DNA of 63,180 nt, the filler included, from Reticulomyxa filosa (lineage: Eukaryota > Protista > Foraminifera): the NCBI GenBank assembly GCA_000512085.1. It is 15 parts of 15 records of this genome, joined end to end, with 100 filler letters (N's around TTAATTAATTAA, not from the genome) between each part and the next. Parts side by side here need not be neighbours in the genome. Positions count along the whole stretch, not along the records: positions 19,366 to 26,097 come from ASPP01015333.1; positions 26,198 to 31,090 come from ASPP01020596.1; positions 31,191 to 32,197 come from ASPP01029200.1; positions 32,298 to 33,542 come from ASPP01026559.1; positions 33,643 to 34,704 come from ASPP01040299.1; positions 34,805 to 37,924 come from ASPP01009120.1; 9 more parts are not named here. One strand, written 5' to 3'. Positions 25,050-36,872 of the stretch are shown piece by piece. The notes under the pieces were generated by a model. That model saw nothing but the letters and a program-made list of their open reading frames with translations. It did not search any database and was not told the origin of the DNA. Position 1 is the stretch's first letter; each line of letters begins with the position of its first letter. A program made the position numbers and the translations under genes.

Positions 25050-26010
25050 TAGAATGTGCTAAGTTTCACAAACAGTGAAGACAATGAAATCGCAAATGAA
25101 GAAGAAGAAGGAGAAGACAAGTATAAAAAATGATGAAGCAAATACTATTGTCTTGGTGATAATGAGAAGAGTCACAAAACCTATAAAAAAATTTGTTTGC
25201 AAACGATGTTCAAAAAATAATAGTATGGTGACTCTTCCATGATAAATGACATCAACAACAGTGAACAATATCAATGAAAAAGACTCATGAAGAGATATGG
25301 ACCAGGAAACAATATTGGGAGTGTCATTTACATTCAATCGAACACAGATTGATTGATCTTTTCCAAGCACGACATTCGAATCAAGAAAGTAATTGCCGTC
25401 TTGCTCACAGTGCACACATTCTCAATACCATATCTCGTCCTTGTGATAATATCAATGTTTCCAATGGTCAATCGTTTAGCCAATACACGAATACTGCCAA
25501 TCATTTTGCGTCGATGCAATATCGATATTCCATTTATGTCCAGAGACAGACCAACAGCTCAACACATTTTACAATGATCAAAGCATTGTATTAAATATGA
25601 ATAAATACAAGGCTACAAATATTGCCTTCCAATTGGTCGCCATTGCTATTGGCTTCGTTCATTGCTAGTTTATTACAATCACTTGAGATGATGTTGATAT
25701 TATTGTTTAATCTTGGAGTCACAGTTGTATCAACGTATCTCCTCTTTCTTCTTCTTCTTCTTCTTCGCTTCATTGCATTGGTTGCTGAAAGACGCTTTCG
25801 ATTGTATCATCATCGCCGTCATTATGAGATTCAATCTGTATTGCAAAGCGCGTTGCTGCAGCAGGAGAAGCAAATCAAGTATACGTATTATGGACTTCGG
25901 AATGCATGCAGACAGCTTGGAAATGAAAAACAGTATTTGCGGCAATATACAAACTTGTGCAATTTTGTCCGTCCAATCCATTCAATAATAATCTACGATG
26001 CAACAAGAAC
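25050..26010 (+). pseudogene. Decayed coding relic, family not recognised
   Basis: Higher GC and protein-like fragments broken by many stops. Confidence 0.3.
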
Positions 26011-26097
26011 ATATTTGATTCTTCCACATTTTGTTTTTTTTTCTTTTGAGTCTTATTGTGTTGTTACCATGATGTAAATTGGTTTGTATTTTAATTG

Positions 26098-26197
26098 NNN
26101 NNNNNNNNNNNNNNNNNNNNNNNNNNNNNNNNNNNNNNNNNTTAATTAATTAANNNNNNNNNNNNNNNNNNNNNNNNNNNNNNNNNNNNNNNNNNNN
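26098..26197. other. Artificial contig-joining spacer
   Basis: N44-TTAATTAATTAA-N44. Confidence 0.99.
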
Positions 26198-26253
26198 GGG
26201 GGGGAGGTGTTTTTTTTTTATTATTTAAAAAATTAAATTAAAAAAAAATAAAC

Positions 26254-26768
26254 CATTTCTTTCTTGTGCTGGCCATTGAGCAATGGTAGTATACATCTCC
26301 ACCTCATTGGCAATATCTTCGTGAACAGGGTAGTTCCGAAAGGACGAAGCGTTTCTGACCAAGTCGAGATCCAGTAGCTTGACAGCGACGTATTGGGGCT
26401 GTGCGGTTGTGTTTCCAAGAAAGTACTCCTCCAACATAGCGTCCATGACGTCTTTGGGGAACTCGGCGAGTATTTGCATCAGCGGCACATTCATGGTTTT
26501 GTGGTAGTCCACCGGCGGCTTGGAGGTGCCCATGTCACAGTCAATGTGCTCGCGAATTCCGACCGACACCTCCACCCACTTTGGCTGTGTTTTCATCTCA
26601 TTGATCGTGTTCATGACTTTGTCATTCTCGTCTCCCGTCTTGTCACACCCATTTGTCCACGTTTCCTCGCCATCATTGGCCGACGTCACATCCACTGGAG
26701 CTACGTCACCACTTGGAGGACCATTAGTGGGGTATTTCTCGTGTTTTTTATCTTTCGGAGACGATAGA

Positions 26769-26815
<47 letters not shown>

Positions 26816-27191
26816 TCTATTATTGCCATTGCAACTACTCGCTTCTCGGCTGAGATGTGGAAATTGCTTGAAACGATACAAATGCCCCTGCAGAGAGGGA
26901 CCGATGTAACAGTCATACGTATACACAAAGTTTTCAGTTTGGAAATGCTTGAACGGAGGATCTCTCGACTGAACGCTCGCAATGGAACCACCTGTGTCGC
27001 CTTTGGCTTGCCTTGCAATGATACATAGCTCACTGGCGGAGAGCTAACCACCACCGGTCTTTGCACAATCACCGGGGAAAATGGAGACCCCGTCCCACCA
27101 CCGCTTGCATTTGGGAGGTCTGCACTTTTATGTCGAGCCAATGGCTTATGATGGTTATGATAGCTATGCTTATGCTGATGGTGATTGTTCA

Positions 27192-27227
<36 letters not shown>

Positions 27228-27501
27228 TATTATGGTGGTTATGGTGATGATGATGATGATGATGTCCATTACTGTGAGAGACCGTAGGCGTAATTGTGCG
27301 GGTGCAACTCGGACTTGAAGTGCCGTTCACACATGCACGGCTCGAATAAACGGGCACTGATACTGGCGTAAAATTGCTACTCATTTGTGGTGAAAAGTGA
27401 CTCCCGCTGGTGGTGCTCGGACTATTGATTACCACTGGTCGACAAAATACTCTGGGGCGAGTACTTGCGGTTGACGGAGTAACTGACTCAAATTGATACA
27501 T
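26254..27501 (-). CDS. Ser/Thr protein kinase, first exon (disordered N-terminus + N-lobe), truncated
   Basis: ORF 26701-27501 joins ORF 26225-26926 by a 1-nt frameshift near 26930-26945. Motifs YIGPSLQGHLY (Gly-loop variant), YVAVKLL (beta3 Lys), EDIANEV (alphaC Glu), then a GT donor at 26253. Confidence 0.7.
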
Positions 27502-27833
27502 TTTTTCCTCTTTTTTCTACTATAATTAATTCACAGCCTTTTTTTTGACAAGTTTTGTTCAATATATTTGCAAGTTTGTCGTCACAAAAGTCATGAGACG
27601 TGATAATGTCAGAAAAAAGTTGAAATTAAAGCATTTTCTTCCCCCTCTTTTTTTTTTTTTTTTAAAACTTTTTTCTTGCTAGAGGCAAGTTTTGAAAAAG
27701 TCCATTGTACGATTAATTGACACAGAAAGAAAAGAGAGAATTGTAACAATAGCATTTTTTTGTCAAGAAACCCAGCAAAAAGGATATTTACGTTTATATA
27801 ACAAAAAGGTATAATTATGATGCAACAAGAGAT

Positions 27834-29742
27834 TCAATTACCCGAAAAAAAGAGGAAGAAAATGGTGGACCCAACGGAAATGACTAAGCTGACTCCAGTG
27901 GACCACCAAGCATCACTAATTTTAACCCCAAAGAGTCTCGGCATCATAACATCGGTATTCATATGATCGATGGCATTCTTCAAAAGCACGAGATAGTGAT
28001 ACCTGCTATTATAGCGAGCCAGATAATGAACAATGTGTCGTTTAGATTGGTCCGAGTTTGGATCAGCAAGAGTTTTTTTGCGATGTTTGGGGAGGAGGAG
28101 CGGAGCAATGTTATGTCCCTGTTTGACATCGACATGTGTATTAGCACTGTCTTTGCGTTCTTCACGAGCAGTATTATCAAGCGGCGTGTCTTTGGACTTG
28201 TCTTTGAGAAGACCAGACCAAAGGCCAATACGTGATTCAATAGCACGAAGTTTTTTCATGAGTTGTCTGTGCAAGTCCAAGCTGGTTACATCATGTTGCA
28301 AATACGACTCCATGGGTTCAGTCTGCGTGCCACGCATTAACTCATAGGTCTGCAGAGCCTCATATTGTCGCGACATGCGCTCGGTCATGTCATCAATGGC
28401 CGACTTGAATTTGGAGCCAATGTAAAGATACGACAGCACGTGATAGCAAGAAAAGCCAGCCACGATGAGCCAAAACCAAAGAGTCTGATCTTGATAGACC
28501 AAGGATTGGTGATGTCGAAATGGCCGGAGAATGCTAACATAAAAAGACAACATCAGGAAACAAATACTAATGATACACACAAGGAGCACGTATGCTGCAG
28601 GCAACTCCACGCTGCCAAATACTAATTGCGATTTTCGCACCAAATAGTGTCGCATTTCTTGCCAACCCAATAGATTGTAAGGATTGGACAACTGCAAATA
28701 CACACCCGTTTTGCGACGCTCCAAAATGTCTGCACAAAGCTCCACGTCATTCAAGAATTGCTGCGTCCGTGTCTTTAGCTGCACGAACACACCCAAATAC
28801 AAAAACAAGTGGATCTCCATCGCAAAGTACGCCAACAACACTGCAATCCATTCGTACGCCGTCATCTTCCTCCAATCGCAGTGCTTGTTGTCCACAAACT
28901 TTAGTCCACCGAATATTCCCAAAAACACAGCCGAACAAATTACAAACGACACTTGCAGCTCTTGCACGCGCAGCACACCAGTGAATGAAATATGAACTCG
29001 TTTGGTACCAGTGATGTTATCATTCCGCTACCTTTCCTTTGGACAAAAATAGTATACATATATATGTACATATACATATATGTATATGTACATATATAAC
29101 ACATAACAATGATTGATATCGTCTTATCAAAAAAAAAAAAAAAAAAATGTCAATCATTTGTAATTTGTTAATGTTGTACACTACTATAATCTCTACATCT
29201 TTTTCTTACATCCCCTCCTTTGCTCAATAGGAAAAAAAAAGAAAATGAAAGACTCAACATAAATTCATACAAACTCAATACCCAATGCTCTTGCAATGGC
29301 GCGTTGATGACTTGATGATCGTGCGCGTGGTACTGCGGATGGTTCGTATTTGGATTGCTTGGCATTCTCTCCGCTTGCTGCCGTCCCCAACTGGTGTCCA
29401 CGTCCAATATCAGATTATGCGTCGTTAATGGATGCACGTGCGGAGTTACACATTCTGTGCAAAGTCAAATATACATTTACATATATGAAAATAGAAAGGG
29501 TAATGGAAATTAACGTGATTGCAAACCGCACCACAAAGCAAGCAATAATTGATGCGTTAACAATGCGGCCAAGGGAAGCCAAATCTCAACTGCGGTTAAG
29601 CAAGTGCTAGTTCTAGCGAATGCACAGAATAACGCAGCAATTTGAATTCCGGCCAGGGTCATCAAGATCAGATAGCGTAAAATTACATAGTTTTGTTTTT
29701 GACTCTATATTTTGTATTCGATTTCATTGTTTTAAATATATT

Positions 29743-29787
<45 letters not shown>

Positions 29788-30939
29788 TATGTGTATAATA
29801 GGGATAGGTAATACAATAACTTGTGTGACAGTGTTTCGATAATAATCCTTGGAAGTGACATGAAACGAATCTGATTGTAACGCGTTTGTGCTATCGCCAT
29901 CTCCGTCTTCCTCATCTTCATCTTCCTCGTCATTGATCTGAATTTGCGTGGTTATCGTCGTGAGCAATGAGTTTGTGCTTTTTATTGGTTGTTTCAAAGT
30001 TTGATCATTTTGTGAGTCTTTTTCGGTCTATTGGATCACAAATACCGAACATTATGGTAAAAAAAAAAAAAAGGGGGGGGGGAGGGGGTTACTTTACGTC
30101 TATACATTCACATACGATACATAGCATAGTACGCAGTTAAGCAATAGACAACCTTAAGAGTAGGGTCTTGCGAAGATGCATCCCCAGCGGGACTGATGAC
30201 ATTGATAGGTGCAGTCTTCGAATCAGTGATATCGTGGACAGAGAACACTTTGAACAATTCGATTGGGTCCAATATCCACTTTTCTGCTTGCGATTCGTCA
30301 TACAACATCTCGACTTGGTCTTTTTTCTTGTGGAACAATTTCAACAATCGATCTTTGTTTAACTCCTGCAGATAAGCCCTTCTGACCAACCGTGAGCCCA
30401 TACTCACATCTTGCTTCACACTCTGTTGGAGCGAGTTCGAGTATTTGTGCTCATATTTTTTCAAAAGTGACAAGTAAGGAAATGTCGACCACATCAGTGA
30501 CTGCAACATGTCTAACATGTCAAAAATCAGAGAAACATGCACATATGCACGTTCATAGGATTTCCAAAAAAAAAAAAAAAGCAAATTACAACAAAACAAA
30601 CCCCAGACGTTCAATTCGCGATCGAGATCGATTAAACTGGTGTCATAACGCCATATTCGTCCCTTTTGAGCAAACAACAAAATATTTTATAAAAATATCC
30701 TTTTTTTTTTTTTTTTTTTTTGAAATATAATAAACTAATATCTCAGCACGAGAAGGGATAGATTGAAAGCAGGGATGCTTTAAATGGATCTGTCCCAACA
30801 TACAATTGATGTCATAGTCCCGTTCCGATGGGTTCTTCTTGGTATCTTTAAATCGAATAATTCCCATCAACGATCCATACATCTGGTATTCTGCCCAAGG
30901 TTCGAGACGACGATATAGTTTCATCCTCGTGTAAAGATT
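27834..30939 (-). CDS. PHTF-like multi-pass membrane protein (7TM ion-channel-like superfamily), at least 7 exons, 5' truncated
   Basis: Exons splice in frame from ~30939 to the stop at 27834. Motifs IQIAALF...VEIWLPL, LQLSNPYNLLGWQEMRHYLVRK...SVEL, LYIGSK, VLLKNAIDHM...PRLFGVKI parallel the recalled PHTF motifs (EV..PL; FRL..V.NIK.W.SLRSYLKR...SVDV; LGSE; VLKL...L...FRLYGL.M). Confidence 0.7.
29744..29787. repeat. (TAA)n microsatellite, intronic
   Basis: Seen directly. Confidence 0.9.
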
Positions 30940-31090
30940 CTATCCATTTGTCCAATCAACAACAACAACAACAACAACAACAAAATTACCATACACATGG
31001 AGAAAAAAAAAAAAATCAATTTATATACGTACACACGCACACAAACACAAACAAATAAAAAATATGTATTCGTACATAAATACATATATT

Positions 31091-31190
31091 NNNNNNNNNN
31101 NNNNNNNNNNNNNNNNNNNNNNNNNNNNNNNNNNTTAATTAATTAANNNNNNNNNNNNNNNNNNNNNNNNNNNNNNNNNNNNNNNNNNNN
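31091..31190. other. Artificial contig-joining spacer
   Basis: N44-TTAATTAATTAA-N44. Confidence 0.99.
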
Positions 31191-31219
31191 GTCTTTTTTT
31201 TCCCTAAAAAAAAACAAGC

Positions 31220-32197
31220 TGTATTGCGCTGACGTAGACATCAGACAATCTGCCAGCGAGACAGTATTGAATGGGTTGAACACCCGAACGGGCGACTTGA
31301 GACGATTGAACGAATTGTTTTACAAGCCATGACGAAACGAAGCGAAAGCGACACGAAAAAAGCCAGCGATGTGCGACACGATTTGTTGGATGAGGTGATA
31401 TTACGCAACAATGAATTTTTATTCAGTTTGCAGAAGCTAGCTGCTTCACTTGTTAGTTAAAAACAAAAACAGAACAACAATTACCATTTTCTTCTTTGAT
31501 GATTCGATTCTTTGTGCATGATCTTGCTTGACAGAAACTGGAACCGATGAAGACAACACAAAGGAGCATGATAAAAGCGCCAACTACCAGCCGCCGTTCT
31601 TGCAAAACGTGGCCATGGCCAATTTGGCATACGCGTTCCATCACGGTTTGGAATATCTCAAATCGGCACGGGCTGCAATGGTACAATCGAAGGTCGTGTG
31701 TACGCGCATAACCCCAAGTTTGGCAAGAAGCATTTCAAGTTGGAATGAACAATCTCACGTGGTCGACGACTGAGATCATGTTGAAAGATGGCAAAGAGCA
31801 CTACATTTGCAAGGCTTGCACAACCAAAGCAGCGAAGAATTGAACAACGGACACAGCGCAGAAGCAAACAGCATTGCCGCCACTGTCGGCTACAAGAAGG
31901 GAATTGAAGTATCGCTTTTGCCGAAGTCGCAACAAATAATGTTTTGCGAGTGCGTGTCGGGTCAGTCGGCGAACATCACCGAGTGCAAGAGCTTCAACGC
32001 CAAGTTTTGGGGCATTGCCATTTGAGTCACATGGGCTGCTTGAACAAGGTGTGCAAATGGTACAAGACACAGTGATCAAATTAGAAGCGCCAACGATCGT
32101 ATTCAAGTTAATTACAATGTGTTGAGCTCCAAGTAAGACCCTCATGTGCAGTACATGCCATTGGCGGGAGAAAGTCGGACGGCGTCCTCGAAAAGTC
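31220..32197 (+). pseudogene. Decayed gene with IBR/RING-like Cys pattern at its 3' end
   Basis: HYICKACTT, KYRFC, IMFCEC...ITECKSFNAKF, CHLSHMGCL..CKWY, LMCSTCH in alternating frames with stops. Confidence 0.4.
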
Positions 32198-32297
32198 NNN
32201 NNNNNNNNNNNNNNNNNNNNNNNNNNNNNNNNNNNNNNNNNTTAATTAATTAANNNNNNNNNNNNNNNNNNNNNNNNNNNNNNNNNNNNNNNNNNNN
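32198..32297. other. Artificial contig-joining spacer
   Basis: N44-TTAATTAATTAA-N44. Confidence 0.99.
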
Positions 32298-32391
32298 AAA
32301 CCCTTTTTTTTTTTATGTTAAAAAATTAACCATTGAATATAACAAACAAAGTCAATGACTCTGAATTTTTTAAAAATAAATGTCACTAAAC

Positions 32392-33542
32392 TTGTAATAA
32401 ATATTGTTGCACGCCTTCAAATCGTGGGGTCCATTCTTCACAATAATTCCAAAACTTTTCGGGCAAGCCGTCCCGTTCGGCTGCTTCCATTTGCATCTCC
32501 ATTTCCATTTCTGCATCGCGCTCGTTTGTGCCAGCATTGTTGTACACGTCTTCCATCGGAGCGGCGTACTGCGTCTCTCGCATGTCTTGTTCATTTCCGT
32601 CTCCGGTCAGAGAGTTGCTTTGCTTTAGAAGGAGCAAATCGTCTGGAGGTATTGCGTTATCATTGGCATTAATGTTGTTGATGTCAGCATTGTTTTTCGA
32701 TGACAATGGAGCTAATTTTTTCCTCCTCTTCACTGTTTGCATTTGCAGTGTCTTTTTTTATCGTTTACCGTTTTTTTTGGGAGACGCAATCTCTTGCGAG
32801 TTTTTTGGTTGCATTTTCATTCGCTTTTTCTTTGTTAATGTTGTTGTTATTATTGTTGTTGTTGTTGTTGGTATTGGTATTCACGCTCCTTCGGTCTTCA
32901 TTCGCGTCCTCGTCTCTCGCTTCCCAATCTTCCATTTCCACAAAGTATTGTGGGTTTTGGGCCTGATCCAAGTTCATACCTACCAACTCCAATCCTACGT
33001 ATACGTGTGTAATGTTATATATTTATTTTGTTTTATGTGCGCATTTATATTGTCACATTTGGGAAACAAATTTCTTAAAATCATACATATGGCATATACA
33101 TATACATATACATATATGTGTGTATGTATGTATTGTTTTGTGGAGATAGACAACCTCGATCAAATAGTTCACTTTCGTTATCATTTCTGGCATTGGCTCT
33201 TAACAAAGCAATCCCAGCCCAGAACAAGGCAGGATGTTCATGCAATAGTTGTTGTTGCTTCAGAGCGTGTGCCATTTTGAGCAAGGTATCTAAAATGCGC
33301 ATGCACTCGTGGAACTCTTTGGGAACAGTTTGTCGATTTTTCTGATATTTGCTTGCGTTTTCCCATTGATCAATGCTTCCCACCAAGATGAGCAGCACGA
33401 CTTTGACGGAGGCATGGTTCAAAGGATTTAAGAGCTGGCGATATACATGGAAGGCACGTTGGGAGATATCCTGATTGGTGGACAGCACGGCCCATCGTAA
33501 GGCCTCGTATCCGATACGATCTTTAGCTCGCAGTTCGGGTTT
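32392..33542 (-). CDS. Furry/Tao3/Mor2 (MOR2-PAG1 C-terminal region), internal fragment with homopolymer frameshifts
   Basis: EALRWAV...ISQRAFHVYRQLL, ILDTL, HPALFWAGIALL, EWTPRFEGVQQYLLQ match recalled conserved blocks of MOR2-PAG1_C (AL.WA..RS.Q.FR.L; PQLFW..A.L; F.G.Q.LL). Confidence 0.72.
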
Positions 33543-33642
33543 NNNNNNNNNNNNNNNNNNNNNNNNNNNNNNNNNNNNNNNNNNNNTTAATTAATTAANN
33601 NNNNNNNNNNNNNNNNNNNNNNNNNNNNNNNNNNNNNNNNNN
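33543..33642. other. Artificial contig-joining spacer
   Basis: N44-TTAATTAATTAA-N44. Confidence 0.99.
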
Positions 33643-34704
33643 AATGTGATCATGTCCCAATTTATTTAATTTGATTTTTAATGATTTTTCATGATATTCA
33701 ATTGCTTTGTTATGTTCTCCTTTATTTCCATAAACAAATCCTAAATTATTGTATGAAGAAGCAACTTCAGGATGATCAGATCCCAATTTATTTAATTTGA
33801 TTTTTAATGATCTTTCATAATATTCAATTGCTTTATCGTATTCCACTTTATTTTCATAAATATTTCCCAAATTGTTGTATGAATTAGCAATACCAATGTG
33901 CTCAAATTCCAATTTACTCAATTTGATTTTTAATGATTTTTCATGATATCCAATTGCCTTATCGTATTCCCCTTTGTTTTGATAAACAATCCCCAAATTG
34001 TTATATGAAGCAGCAACACCAATGTGATCATGTCCCAATTTGCTTAAACTAATTTTTAAATCTTTTTCATAATATTCGATTGCTTTGTCATATTCCCCTT
34101 TATTGTTATAAACATTGCCCAAATTGTTGTATAAATTAGCGACATTAATGTGATCAGATCCCAATTGATTTAAATTAATTTTCAAATTTTGTTCATAATA
34201 TTCAATTGCTTTGTTATATTCTCCTTTGTGATTATATGCTTTGCCTAGCCAATAATAAGATGTTGCAACATCGATATCAAAATTATGTAATGTTTGCAAT
34301 GTAAAACAAAGTGCAAAACGAAATAATTGAATTGCTTCACGCAATTTTGATATATCTAATGAATTTCTTCCCAATTCCATTACATTTTCTATATTAATAG
34401 GCCAAGGGCAAGTAAAAACATGAGAAAGGAAGCGATAACGAATAACAGATGAATTAGTAGGAATAAGTTGCTGAGTAATATAACAATTTCCAAATCCATC
34501 AATAATACAATCAACAGCATAAACACATCCATCAATAGTGATATTATCAAATATAATTTTTTTTGAATGGAATGAAGAAACAGAATATGATCCAAAGATT
34601 AATTTCTTTTTCATGTATTGATTTGAATTAATCATCATCGAGAAAGGGACATTATATTGAGGTAATTGATGATTTGATTTTGCTAATTGATCAATATTTG
34701 TTGC
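33643..34704 (-). CDS. TPR protein with 42-aa kinesin-light-chain-type repeats, internal fragment
   Basis: Five tandem 42-aa repeats (VA.SYNNLG.VY.NKGEYDKAIEY.EKSLKI.L.KLG.DH) with a 126-nt DNA period, preceded by a beta-rich domain. Confidence 0.95.
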
Positions 34705-34804
34705 NNNNNNNNNNNNNNNNNNNNNNNNNNNNNNNNNNNNNNNNNNNNTTAATTAATTAANNNNNNNNNNNNNNNNNNNNNNNNNNNNNNNNNNNNNNNN
34801 NNNN
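34705..34804. other. Artificial contig-joining spacer
   Basis: N44-TTAATTAATTAA-N44. Confidence 0.99.
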
Positions 34805-34842
<38 letters not shown>

Positions 34843-34847
34843 GATAG

Positions 34848-36270
34848 TCGTACGTGTTCATGTTTTACATTCAAGGTCACACGCACACATTTACAACTCG
34901 CTACTCGACATTGGCCAAATTACACGATCGATTGCTGCGAAGTGGCATTTTAGACCGCGCGTTTAAGTTCACTCCGCCGAATTTCCCCGGGAAATACTGG
35001 TTCAAAGACATGACGAAACCGAAGAATTACGAGAAAAGAGGACAAGAGTTACTGATATACTTGAGAGCATTAGTGTCCAAGCCAACCATATTAAAGTTTG
35101 CTGAGTTCCAGACCAGCATTAATCTGCCCAACAGCTTAAAGCGCTCTGTCGGCGAAATTGCTAACAACATGGTCTGTGCTTCCCTTTTTTTTTTTTTTTT
35201 TTTTTTTTTTGCTATGCAATTCAAAATTAGTAAAAACACAACAAAGAATTTTTTTTTCTTCCCCCTTTTTTTTTTTAAAAAAAATCTATATATGTATATA
35301 TATATAATATTAAAAAAGAAAAGTTACAATCAAATAATGGACCAATTCCCAAATGAGAGTCCTTCGTCGAATGGTACTCATCGATCGACAGGAGCACGTT
35401 ACAGGGAAGGGGGAGGTGGTGGCGAAAAGCCGAAGAACGGGAAACAGGTCTTGAATACAGATAAAACGCTCGGACAAAATGCCTCGAAAAACACGACGAA
35501 AAGTGACAATAGCAACGTGCATGAGACTGGAACTGTGAACTCTTCGAATAAAGAACATAACGATATGAATAGTAGCAACGCTCTCAAAACACAAAAAAGC
35601 ATGAAAACAGACGAAGTGGGACCGGGAGCTCGTCATGACAATAATATGACCGTGGGGCAACAAAACACTGCATCCCCACGCGACATAGCGAAGCGTGAGA
35701 GTAGTACCAACATTATCCCAAGTACTGATGCCATCAAGAGTCCGAAGATTACTCAGCGAGATGACAATGCACAACAACACACCAAACTTTCTGCAAAAGA
35801 GCGAGAAGAACAAGATGCAATGCTATTCAAACAAACACTGCGACAATTGACCGAGAAAATTGAAGAACATTTGATCGAAATTGTTGATAATACCTCTGTT
35901 GAACATCCTCTAGATCCTCAGGAATTAATTGAATTGAAAAATGAGTATCGAGATATGCTAGAACCTTTGAAATTGTTTCATTTGAGGTTGGTGGTATTTT
36001 TGTTTTGTTTTGTTTCGTTTTTTGTCTTTTATCTATCGGAGTTTTTTTGGGTATAGTGATGTCCTTGAAATCGAAGACGAGAAATTTGAATACCCCAGCA
36101 TGTCTGGTGGATGTGACAAGGTCTGGCAAACAATTAATGGGGACATTACTCTTGAAACAGAAGGTTTAGATGTTATTGAAGATATGAGCACAGAAATTCG
36201 AGATCTCTTATTGACAACTTGCGATCTAGGAGGAAATAACAACATTCAAATCAGGGCAACTCTTGGGTAA
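34848..36270 (+). CDS. PX-domain protein with LAMTOR1-like C-terminal region, at least 3 exons, 5' truncated
   Basis: PX: TRYSTLAKLHDRL, PPNFPGK, EKRGQELLIYL. Introns at 35172-35318 and ~35987-36056; stop at 36268-36270. The PX call is solid; the LAMTOR1 call is inference. Confidence 0.8.
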
Positions 36271-36872
36271 TCTTTTTTTCCCTAAAACTGCTTCTTCTCT
36301 ACGAAAAGGGAGGAAAAAATGCTTCCATTTTTTTTTCCTTTTTTTTTTGTTGGTTTTATCGACTCAAACTTACGTAGCTTTTTGCAATGCAAAAAACTAA
36401 TGAAATGAATGATTTACTGTTTTTTGATAATCTTCAACCAATGTGTCAGTGCATAACGACTAAGTCTTCTGGTAGTTGAGTTAACTGACTGAATTTACAA
36501 TTGGATACTTTTTAATTTTCTTTCACGTGCAAATCAATTTTAAACTTTATTTTCATTCGAAATTCGCTTTGTTATAAACTTTAGGTGTGTAATGTTTGGT
36601 TGGATTTTAGTTTTCTTTTTTTCTTTGATTTAAGATAAATAAAATTTGAGATTTGCAAGGTGTCACCACCCTTCAGAACAATTGCCAAAAAAAATTAAGC
36701 TATCAAATGTTGGTCACAAAATTGATTTTTTTTACAATTTTTTAAAACGATTTCTTGGTTGGCATAAGATACATCCGAACTGAAAGAATGGTTTGAGTCA
36801 AAAGAAAAAAGAAAGGCGAAAGTTTGCCTCCGTTAACTCTTTTTTTAGTCACAGAGACTCAACTACTCGATT

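Noticed and set aside
32528-33280. 250-aa plus-strand ORF (and similar poly-L/I/Y/C ORFs such as 26520-26909, 54434-54625, 41077-41451)
   Set aside because: Shadow frames of real opposite-strand genes or of microsatellites.
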